From positions 1-49,789 of IMG/VR virus record IMGVR_UViG_3300017987_000024: 49,789 nt of DNA; one strand, written 5' to 3'. How positions within the stretch are numbered: the first letter of the stretch is position 1; the number at the start of each line of letters is the position of its first letter. This DNA is from a virus. A model generated the notes under the pieces. The model made no database searches. It was not told the origin of the DNA and worked only from the letters and a program-made list of their open reading frames with translations. Position numbers and translations under genes: made by a program. Below are positions 43,238-49,789 of this stretch, in pieces.

Positions 43238-43439
43238 CGTCGTCCTGCTCCTTTCGGGCTCGCTTGCGGGCCCAATACTCGTCGATCAGCAAGGGGTTGC
43301 GGGCCAGCATGGAATCGACGGCGTCGTCGCTCGTCACGCCCAGGGCCTCAGCAAACCGCTCCTCGGGCGTGCCGTCGGCCGTCTTGTAAACAGCCTTGAA
43401 GCCGTTGACCTGGAAGGCGTCCCTACGTGTCATCGCCAT
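43224..43439 (-). CDS. Hypothetical 71-aa protein
   Basis: The ATG at 43439 lies 8 nt after GAGGA. Confidence 0.55.
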   Translation of the reverse strand: MAMTRRDAFQVNGFKAVYKTADGTPEERFAEALGVTSDDAVDSMLARNPLLIDEYWARKRARKEQDDDDTD

Positions 43440-43632
43440 CGTCGTCGTCCTCATCCGTCACGCCCAGGTGATCCATCAGGGCGCCCAGTTTGTCGTCCAG
43501 GATCTTCTGGTTCTGGATGGCGATTGCCAGGTTCACCTCGACGTCGTTCGCCCACAAAACAACGGTCACAACGATCCCCATAACCGCCAAGAGAACCACG
43601 GCCGCTACCACTACTAGCAGCGCCGTCATCAC
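43423..43632 (-). CDS. Small single-pass membrane protein with acidic tail
   Basis: MMTALLVVVAAVVLLAVMGIVVTVVLW followed by ...DEDDDDGDDT. Confidence 0.6.
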   Translation of the reverse strand: MMTALLVVVAAVVLLAVMGIVVTVVLWANDVEVNLAIAIQNQKILDDKLGALMDHLGVTDEDDDDGDDT

Positions 43633-43829
43633 GCCCGCCCCAGACTCTTGAGGTAGCGTTTCGTTTTGCGCAGCCCCAGCCGACTGGCCTTCTTCTTGAC
43701 CGCGTCAAGCGGACGGCACAGTGCTTTGGCCACATCCTTCGTGCTGTGGCTGCCAAAATTCTTCCGCAACAGTTTGACCTCGCCCTTGCTCCATGCTCCT
43801 CGTTTGAGTTCTTTCTTCCGTGATACCAT
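43629..43829 (-). CDS. Myb/SANT-like HTH protein (66 aa)
   Basis: The ATG at 43829 follows AAGGAGAA. GAWSKGEVKLLRKNFGSHSTKDVAKALCRPLDAVKKKASRLG. Confidence 0.6.
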   Translation of the reverse strand: MVSRKKELKRGAWSKGEVKLLRKNFGSHSTKDVAKALCRPLDAVKKKASRLGLRKTKRYLKSLGRA

Positions 43830-43854
43830 CGAGTTCTCCTTGAAAAGTAATATG

Positions 43855-44121
43855 TCAGTGCGTTCGATACGGTTCCAGGTCGCCCCGTTCCCCTGCTTCA
43901 CCGGGCGGGGTCTTGAAATTGAAGTGGATTCGCCACCACTCGGCCCGCCGGTCGTCGCGCTCCGATTTGGTGAAGCCCGCCTTTAGACGGTAGTCCCACC
44001 ATCGCTCGCGATGCGCCATGCGGTTGCGGGCGGCTCTGTCGGGGTCGAAGACCCAGTCGTGGGCGCGTACAGACACCATCCGCAAGGCGTCCCACATGAG
44101 ATTTACCAGCCATACTTTCAT
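43855..44121 (-). CDS. Hypothetical Trp/Arg-rich 88-aa protein
   Basis: Track ORF with an AAAGGAG RBS. Confidence 0.6.
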   Translation of the reverse strand: MKVWLVNLMWDALRMVSVRAHDWVFDPDRAARNRMAHRERWWDYRLKAGFTKSERDDRRAEWWRIHFNFKTPPGEAGERGDLEPYRTH

Positions 44122-44134
44122 CGGTCAGTCTCCT

Positions 44135-44308
44135 TTATCCCTTGCCCATTCGCTTGGCGATCTTGTTCGGCACGCGGACGTAGGTGACGCCCCCATCACG
44201 ACGGGTCGCCGCCCGTTTCGTCGCCTTGCCTTGCGGCCATGCCGTCTTGTGTATGTTCCGGCGCCGGCGGGTCCGGTCGACGATCAGTAGAATCTTGCTG
44301 CGCCTCAT
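44135..44308 (-). CDS. Small basic protein (57 aa)
   Basis: ORF trimmed to the ATG at 44308 after GGGGAG. Confidence 0.5.
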   Translation of the reverse strand: MRRSKILLIVDRTRRRRNIHKTAWPQGKATKRAATRRDGGVTYVRVPNKIAKRMGKG

Positions 44309-44313
44309 CTGCG

Positions 44314-45366
44314 CTAACTCCCCAAAACGTGATTCAGCCACGGCTCGCGGTCGATCCGCTTGCCGCATTCCGGGCACAAGTCGTCGTCGAACCCGACTTC
44401 GCAGGTGCTGCACCACCATTCAAATTCATGGGCAGGCTCGGGCTCCGTCCCGTCCGTGGCGACCTCCTCGTCGCCCGCCTGCCCCGCGTCCGTGCGTACT
44501 GTGACCACGCCGTCCGTGATGGTCCCCTTCTCTTTCAGCCATTTGGTCGCGACCTTCAGGTCCTTCGATCCGCACAGCCCCATGGCCTGCCCGCAGATAT
44601 TCCGCAGGAACGTCTTGGTCGGCGGCTTGGTGGCCCCGATCATCTCCTTCACAACCTCGGCGAAGCGTTCGTATGCCTCGGGATCTTGCGGCAGGTTCCT
44701 GGCGGCGTCCTTGGCGGGCTCGCCCGGCTTATCCCCCCCGTTGCCGTCGTCGCCGTCCAGGTCGATGTCCTTTTCTGACACCAGACCAAGCGCCGCGAAC
44801 AGGGCGATGCGCTTGAGTGTTGTGACCGTTCCGTTGCGGGCCTGGACCGCCGTCTGCCCCCGGTTCGGCTGGTTGGGCGGCGCTCCATACGGCGACTCTT
44901 CTGAGTGGCCCAGGACGTGCGTCAGGACGCAGACCACCTCAACCCAATTGGGCTCGTTCCTGCTGATACGATACGTGGGAGCCAGTTTGCACTGAGCCAG
45001 CAGCGACCCAATTTGCTTATCCGTCGCCGCAAGCTCAGGATAGGTGTACTTGACCGTCCCGAACTTGCCGTCCCGGTTCGCCACTTTCGTGTCGTCGCGG
45101 ACGCCCGTCTCAATGATGACCGGGCACTGTGACCGGAACGTCACCAGGGCATGGGCGTAGGCTTTCTTGGCTTCGCGTGCCTCCTCCTGGGCCCGCGCCG
45201 CCAGCAATCGCTCGATCACCTCGACGTCCGCCTTGCTGTTGACGGCGTCGGACAGGATCGACAGCGTACTCATGCCGCCCGCCGCCTGCTGTACGATCGC
45301 CTGCCCCGGCTGCGGCATCACCGTCGTCTCGACCACTTCCGGTTCTTCGTTTTTCTTCTTGGCCAT
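44314..45366 (-). CDS. erf: Erf-family single-strand annealing protein with C-terminal zinc ribbon
   Basis: ORF trimmed to the ATG at 45366 after AGGAGA. VKYTYPELAA...GTVTTLKRIALFAALGL is an Erf-like core. The C-terminus carries CSTC...CPECG. Confidence 0.75.
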   Translation of the reverse strand: MAKKKNEEPEVVETTVMPQPGQAIVQQAAGGMSTLSILSDAVNSKADVEVIERLLAARAQEEAREAKKAYAHALVTFRSQCPVIIETGVRDDTKVANRDGKFGTVKYTYPELAATDKQIGSLLAQCKLAPTYRISRNEPNWVEVVCVLTHVLGHSEESPYGAPPNQPNRGQTAVQARNGTVTTLKRIALFAALGLVSEKDIDLDGDDGNGGDKPGEPAKDAARNLPQDPEAYERFAEVVKEMIGATKPPTKTFLRNICGQAMGLCGSKDLKVATKWLKEKGTITDGVVTVRTDAGQAGDEEVATDGTEPEPAHEFEWWCSTCEVGFDDDLCPECGKRIDREPWLNHVLGS

Positions 45367-45374
45367 GGTCTCTC

Positions 45375-46340
45375 CTATTCTGGGTTTCCGCACACGCCAA
45401 ACACCTTGTCTACGATCGTACACAGGTAGGGCATGGTCACATTGAAGTCCGGGTCTTCCCCTTGCCGCTTCCTGCAATAGTCGATGATCTCAATGAAATA
45501 GGCGGCATCGACCCCGGTCAACTGCTCCTGGAGAACGTCCACGTCGGCAAGGTTCAGTTCGCTAATCTGGAAACACATCTTCAGGAATTGCCCCGCATTG
45601 ATGTGCCATCCCCGCTTGAGGAACTTCCGCGTCCGAATGACCGAGCATAGCGGATATAGCGACCCGACGTAGAACAGTTCGCGGGCGACGATGCTCTCCA
45701 CTGCGGCTGGACGCAGGACGAGCTTATTGTCCCATGCCGTCCAGTAGTTGGTGCAGTGGACGAAGTCGTAGTTCTTGTGGACTTCTTCCGGCTCGCCATA
45801 GAAGCGAATCACCAGTTGCACCTTGTTGGACAGCGTGATCGCGTTGTCGGACAGGAACACGGGCCGGTATGCGGGCTTGTCGGAATCGTTGTCGTCCTCC
45901 TTGACCGTGACGTCCGATGCCGCCTCTGTCAGCCGCTCGACATAGCTTTGTCCTTCCCCTTCGGGGCGAGTCTCAAAATACTCATAGTTCGCGTCCGTCG
46001 CCTCCGACGTTATCCCGGCGCTCTGAATCCAAATCCGAATCCGGCCATCGTCCACGCCGTCCACGTTGGCCCCATCTACGACCTCTGGCTTGATATCGTG
46101 CTCTGGGTTGAGGCGATTGAATTCGGCCACGTAGTAGTTCGCCACCGCCTTGACGGTGGCCTTGTCGCGAAAGTAGTAGTCAAAGTCCTTGATCGGCTCA
46201 CCACAGAGCAAACTGACGATGGACCCGCCGGTAATCATGGCGTTCTCCTTCACCATCGCTCGCACGGCCGGATCGGTGATCGACGCGCAGAACTCCTTGT
46301 GCTTCTTTTCCAGTATCTTCTTGATAATGCGACGGTTCAT
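45375..46340 (-). CDS. Pol-beta-type nucleotidyltransferase-fold protein (321 aa)
   Basis: ITGGSIVSLLCGEPIKDFDYYF fits G[GS]-x(9-13)-DxD, and a later NYDFVHC offers a third acidic residue. Confidence 0.55.
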   Translation of the reverse strand: MNRRIIKKILEKKHKEFCASITDPAVRAMVKENAMITGGSIVSLLCGEPIKDFDYYFRDKATVKAVANYYVAEFNRLNPEHDIKPEVVDGANVDGVDDGRIRIWIQSAGITSEATDANYEYFETRPEGEGQSYVERLTEAASDVTVKEDDNDSDKPAYRPVFLSDNAITLSNKVQLVIRFYGEPEEVHKNYDFVHCTNYWTAWDNKLVLRPAAVESIVARELFYVGSLYPLCSVIRTRKFLKRGWHINAGQFLKMCFQISELNLADVDVLQEQLTGVDAAYFIEIIDYCRKRQGEDPDFNVTMPYLCTIVDKVFGVCGNPE

Positions 46341-47308
46341 ACGCTTCGCTCCTTCGGTTGCGGGACCTCGTACCGGCTCACCCCGGCGCGGCCCAGTTGG
46401 TAGTCGTCCAGTTCAATTTCTTCGACCTCGTCGCCGTAGGCGGGCCATTGGTTCGTCTTGAGGCACTCGGCCCAGATGTCCAGGGCCTTGCGGTAGAGGT
46501 TCTGCCCGGCGCGATACGTCAGGCCCTCCGGCGACGTGTCCATCTGCCATGGCTTGGAGAAGTAGGGCGCTGATTTCTCGATCGCCAGCCAGGTAAAAAA
46601 GGGCTTCTCGCCGGTCAGGGTCTCGTAGCCGTCGACGTAGAAAGCGGCCTTTAGGTGATACCAAAAGTTCTCAACCGTGCGCCGCCACTTGTCGGCCCGG
46701 ACGAGATCGGCAGACGACTTGATATCGGTAATCGAGTCGGCCCACGGCTGCTTCTGGAGGAAGTCCAAGCGGCCCTTGCACAACAGGCCCGTCCTCTTAT
46801 CGACCCACACCATCGTCACTTCGGCCTGCCCGCCGGTGACGTAGTTGATGCACTGATTGCGGCGGATCGAACCCATCATGCCCTGCAAATCGACCTTCTC
46901 CTTGACCGATATCTCCTCCCGCGGGTCGGCGTTCCACGCGTCCCAGAACGCGATACTGCGCAGAGTTGATTCCGATTTATTCGCCGCATTGCGCTGCTTG
47001 TCTGAGGGCCTATTCGGCGGCTTAGGCGGCAGGCAGCGCACGCCCGTCTCGAACGAGGCGGGTTCGAGGATCGCCAAGTGCAACAGCCGCCCGAACTTCA
47101 GCGGGGCCGTATCAACGTCGAGTTGTGCCTTTGCGTGGCCCGCCGTCTTCTTGAGGACCTCGGCCAGCGTACTCCCATTGATCGCGTCGATCGTGATGTA
47201 CTCGGCGAAGGGGACGTCGTAGTGAATCCCCGGCCCGTAGGTCTTCAGCGGCTTGGGCTTCTCCAGGGCCTGCTCGGTCGCGGCCATCAGGGCGTCGGCG
47301 TGGGTCAT
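46337..47308 (-). CDS. PD-(D/E)XK exonuclease (RecE/DUF3799-like)
   Basis: ORF trimmed to the ATG at 47308 after GGAGG. FGRLLHLAILEP, GRLDF and ITDIKSS motifs. Confidence 0.75.
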   Translation of the reverse strand: MTHADALMAATEQALEKPKPLKTYGPGIHYDVPFAEYITIDAINGSTLAEVLKKTAGHAKAQLDVDTAPLKFGRLLHLAILEPASFETGVRCLPPKPPNRPSDKQRNAANKSESTLRSIAFWDAWNADPREEISVKEKVDLQGMMGSIRRNQCINYVTGGQAEVTMVWVDKRTGLLCKGRLDFLQKQPWADSITDIKSSADLVRADKWRRTVENFWYHLKAAFYVDGYETLTGEKPFFTWLAIEKSAPYFSKPWQMDTSPEGLTYRAGQNLYRKALDIWAECLKTNQWPAYGDEVEEIELDDYQLGRAGVSRYEVPQPKERSV

Positions 47309-47619
47309 GGCGTGGCCTCCAACCGGCTTAGCTGCGTCGCCAGTTGCCGCTTTGCCGTAAGCACGCATTCATGCTTCTTGGCGTCGGACAGCTTCCACCA
47401 ATAATAGTCGTCGCTACTCAGCACGGTGGTCCAGTAGGGTTCGTGCAGCTCTCGGTTCCCAAAGATACAGACTCGCCCGGAAGGCTCCACTGCATGGAAA
47501 AACGAAACATACTTAAAGCCAACCGGCCAGCCTCCCGTGTTGTCTATTTGCTGACAAAACTCCGCACGGGTCGAGCCAAAGCGATGCACCAAAGTGTCGC
47601 GTTGCATGTCCTGGCTCAT
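47305..47619 (-). CDS. Hypothetical 104-aa protein
   Basis: Track ORF with ATGA overlaps at both ends. Confidence 0.6.
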   Translation of the reverse strand: MSQDMQRDTLVHRFGSTRAEFCQQIDNTGGWPVGFKYVSFFHAVEPSGRVCIFGNRELHEPYWTTVLSSDDYYWWKLSDAKKHECVLTAKRQLATQLSRLEATP

Positions 47620-48065
47620 GGCCGGTTCTCCTCGTAGCGGGCCAGGGCGTCACGTATATGCTCAGCGGGGTCATTGAAAGCCCGAGAGCTATGACCTAAC
47701 CAGGCACTTACGATGATCTGGGCATGTGCCACGCTCATCCCCACGACGATCGGCCCCTGCTGCTCGACGATCTCCTTGAGGTTGCCGTAGACGTGCATAT
47801 CGTCATCATCAATGGCCGAGTGAACGGTTGTGGGTTTGCTTGCCATCGACCACCCGTCACCACTCCGTATGCGTACGGACGTTTGGCCTTTGGCGATCCC
47901 AAAGTCCCACGCCTTGGGCTTCTCGGCCTCGGCCTGCGCCAGGGCCTGCTCGCAGTCGGCCTTGAGCTTCTTAATCGCTTCGAGCGTGAACAGGGCGCAG
48001 CCGGTGTAAGCCACTTGATGTGGGTTGTAGCTGGATAGCGGTATCTCGTATCGCTTCTCGCTCAT
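47616..48065 (-). CDS. Hypothetical 149-aa protein
   Basis: ORF 47616..48395 trimmed to the ATG at 48065 after AGGAGA. Confidence 0.6.
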   Translation of the reverse strand: MSEKRYEIPLSSYNPHQVAYTGCALFTLEAIKKLKADCEQALAQAEAEKPKAWDFGIAKGQTSVRIRSGDGWSMASKPTTVHSAIDDDDMHVYGNLKEIVEQQGPIVVGMSVAHAQIIVSAWLGHSSRAFNDPAEHIRDALARYEENRP

Positions 48066-48385
48066 GTCGTCTCCTGTCTCAACGGAGCCCGATAGCGCCG
48101 GGCTCGATCCAGCAATGTGTGCGTCTGTTCGACGGCGCGCAGCATGACCGTGCTCTCCAGTTCTATGGCCAGCGTCATCGCCTTGAGGGCGTCTCCGTCC
48201 TGGTCGCAGTCCTCGCACAGCCAGTGGCCGCCCACGACCACCATCTCGTCGTTGGGCAGGGCCTTCTTGCAATACTCGCACACCGTGACTTCGTCGTCGC
48301 CCGGCGTCTCCGGAGCCGAGACCGGCATGGCTTCGAGCATCGCCTTCATCGCGACGTCCAGGGCTTGCATTGTGTGATCCGTCAT
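48062..48385 (-). CDS. Zinc-ribbon protein (107 aa)
   Basis: CEYCKK...CEDC motifs with a GAGGAG RBS. Confidence 0.6.
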   Translation of the reverse strand: MTDHTMQALDVAMKAMLEAMPVSAPETPGDDEVTVCEYCKKALPNDEMVVVGGHWLCEDCDQDGDALKAMTLAIELESTVMLRAVEQTHTLLDRARRYRAPLRQETT

Positions 48386-48446
48386 CGTCAGTCACTCCTC
48401 TACAGCACCATCGGCACGCTCGCGACGGCGTGGATCATTAGGGTGG

Positions 48447-48728
48447 TCATCCTATCTCCAGCCTGCGCAGGCGAGCCAAGACACCCTCATGCAGGTTGTT
48501 GATCTCGCGAACGCGGTCGCGCAGGGCCAGGGTGATTGAACTCTCGCCGGCCAAATCCGTCCTCGGCGTTTGCGGGGACGCCACCTCCGGCACCACGGGC
48601 GAACTACAGCCATCCAGCCTGCCGTGTAAATCGCTAATCGATGCATTGAGTCGATCGATCGCCGAGTTCAGTTGGCCCATGGCGTTGAGCACCGGGGGTT
48701 CCTGTCCGCAACATGCTTGATCGTTCAT
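48447..48728 (-). CDS. Hypothetical coiled-coil 93-aa protein
   Basis: ORF 48447..49127 trimmed to the ATG at 48728 after AGGAGA. The longer form would run through the tRNA-like gene. Confidence 0.55.
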   Translation of the reverse strand: MNDQACCGQEPPVLNAMGQLNSAIDRLNASISDLHGRLDGCSSPVVPEVASPQTPRTDLAGESSITLALRDRVREINNLHEGVLARLRRLEIG

Positions 48729-48962
48729 TGTGTTTCTCCTGATTTGAGTGGTTATCATAAAAGTCAGGCCCTCCGTGGCCTTTCGCCCCAGCCACCTGGG
48801 CCGGGCATCCTCGGGGCACAACCCCTTGAAAGGAACAGCTATGAGTCTGGATTCTGGGAGTCTGAGGTTAAAAGGTGGGGCTGGGGCCGGGAGTGTAACA
48901 CGCACCTTCCGACCCCGCCCCATAAAGCCGCGCCCCGGCGTACCGTAAGGCGGATAGCGGAG

Positions 48963-49073
48963 GACCCCTATGGGATTTGAACCCGACGGCGAGACTGTCC
49001 TACCAGAACAGCGGCCGTCTACATGACTTCCAGCTTTCCAGGCTGGCGCTCTACCTGACTGAGCTAAGGGGCA
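48963..49073 (-). tRNA. tRNA-like gene, anticodon GGA, class-I body with a 38-nt hairpin insertion in the T-stem
   Basis: Minus strand: TGCCCCT-TA-GCTC-AGTCAGGTA-GAGC-G-CCAGC-CTGGAAA-GCTGG-AAGTC-ATG[38 nt]GG-TTCAAAT-CCCAT-AGGGGTC. The insertion (48984-49021) folds as GACGGC..CTGT-loop-ACAG..GCCGTC. Confidence 0.55.
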
Positions 49074-49208
49074 CTCCTGAACCATTTCTGGGTCCGTCCT
49101 CGGAATGTCGCGAGCGCGGGCGGTCACAGCCTACGTCGCCGTTGCAGCCAGCCAACGCCCACCGTCCCGACCGCCACCAGGATCATGGGCCCCGGCCGGC
49201 ACGACGAT

Positions 49209-49421
49209 TCACAGGCAGGTTAGAGCGACCTGCTCCATCTTCTGAGCCAGTCGTTTTACAGCCATCTCCTTGCCTATTCGCAAGGCATCCTGGAAACATC
49301 TATTCATCCGATTTTCAAAATGCTGCTGTTGATCGGCGGGGGCTTTGAGGGTCGTCACGTCAAGCGTGTCCTGGTTCTTCTTCGCCCACCCGTCCCAAGC
49401 TATGGCTTCTTCACATTTCAT
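49209..49421 (-). CDS. Hypothetical 70-aa protein, first gene of the early leftward block
   Basis: ORF trimmed to the ATG at 49421 after GGAGAA. Confidence 0.55.
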   Translation of the reverse strand: MKCEEAIAWDGWAKKNQDTLDVTTLKAPADQQQHFENRMNRCFQDALRIGKEMAVKRLAQKMEQVALTCL

Positions 49422-49594
49422 TGGAATTCTCCAAAGGAGGCGAGCGCCTCGGTGCCGAGGGGAAGCGATTCCCGCGAGGCGGTCGCAGAGGGTCAAAACA
49501 AGGCCCGGCTATCTGGCGACGTCGGCAGGTGAGCGCAACACGCTCATCGAGCGAATCCAATAGCAAGTGGGTACGTACGCACCGGGCCTGGGTG

Positions 49595-49618
49595 TTTGGT
49601 ATTGGGTATTTGGTATTG
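49595..49618 (+). repeat. Direct repeat tttggtattg, 2 copies, in an AT-rich patch
   Basis: Copies at 49595-49604 and 49609-49618, close to the terminal repeat. Confidence 0.7.
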
Positions 49619-49666
49619 ATGATGGCTGATAAGAAAAATGGCGAGGGCGGGAACCCGCTACCGGTC

Positions 49667-49789
49667 GCACTTTCACGGGTGCCGGATCAGCGGCTTCCCC
49701 CTACGGGTATACCCGCCCATTTAGTATCAGTTGAAAATCTGTATGGCCCCGGCAGGACTCGAACCTGCAACGCTCAGATAGACAGATTA
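49667..49789. repeat. Terminal direct repeat, right copy
   Basis: Identical to 1-123. Confidence 0.95.

Noticed and set aside
1-49789. Terminal repeats read as attL/attR of an integrated prophage with a host tRNA at the junction.
   Set aside because: The repeat spans exactly from the first to the last base. It extends 77 nt beyond the end of the tRNA-like gene, and its inner boundary lies inside the tRNA-like element. The 5' half of that element (124-217) lies on the inner side of the left repeat copy. No host genes are visible. This is kept as a minority hypothesis in the findings.

Overview
The window looks like one complete, GC-rich, roughly 49.7 kb tailed-phage genome. Bases 1-123 are identical to 49667-49789, so the unit length is 49,666 bp, either circular or terminally redundant. 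Gene content suggests a temperate podovirus-like phage of a diderm (Gram-negative-type) host.

Genome layout:
- Integration region (1-1621): a tyrosine integrase next to a tRNA-Arg(CCT)-like 3' fragment that is a candidate attP, plus an interrupted tRNA-like gene.
- Late operon (about 30.2 kb down to 2.9 kb, minus strand): small and large terminase, portal, scaffold, major capsid, putative decoration protein, adaptor, an 805-aa nozzle-like protein, a small GNAT, four internal-virion-like proteins, a 1320-aa beta-helix tail fibre and a second fibre-like protein.
- Replication and control region (30.2-31.4 kb): a wHTH initiator-like gene with iteron-like repeats inside it, and a divergent control region.
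- Plus-strand accessory island (31.4-36 kb): an orphan clamp-loader-like AAA+ ATPase, an outer-membrane beta-barrel gene, small unknown genes and a second tyrosine recombinase. A second beta-barrel gene lies just beyond it on the minus strand (36429-36968).
- Early operon (49.4 kb down to 37 kb, minus strand): Erf, a PD-(D/E)XK exonuclease, RusA, Dam and a short C5 methyltransferase, two MazG/DUF550-like genes, a Pol-beta-type nucleotidyltransferase-fold protein and many tiny Cys-rich ORFs.

Most interesting observations:
1. Two tRNA-like genes have canonical class-I bodies but carry large insertions: 73 nt in place of the anticodon loop, and a 38-nt hairpin in the T-stem.
2. Four large virion-module proteins all begin with Sec-type signal-peptide-like N-termini.
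3. Two arrays each hold four GTGNC motifs at an exact 11-bp spacing.
4. An iteron and inverted-repeat cluster sits inside the initiator gene.
5. Terminator-like hairpins sit in two operon leaders.
6. A Lar-like zinc-ribbon ORF is split by an in-frame TAG.

Limits: all functional calls come from motif recognition by eye, with no database search run. I found no recognisable endolysin, CI-like repressor, reverse transcriptase or CRISPR array.
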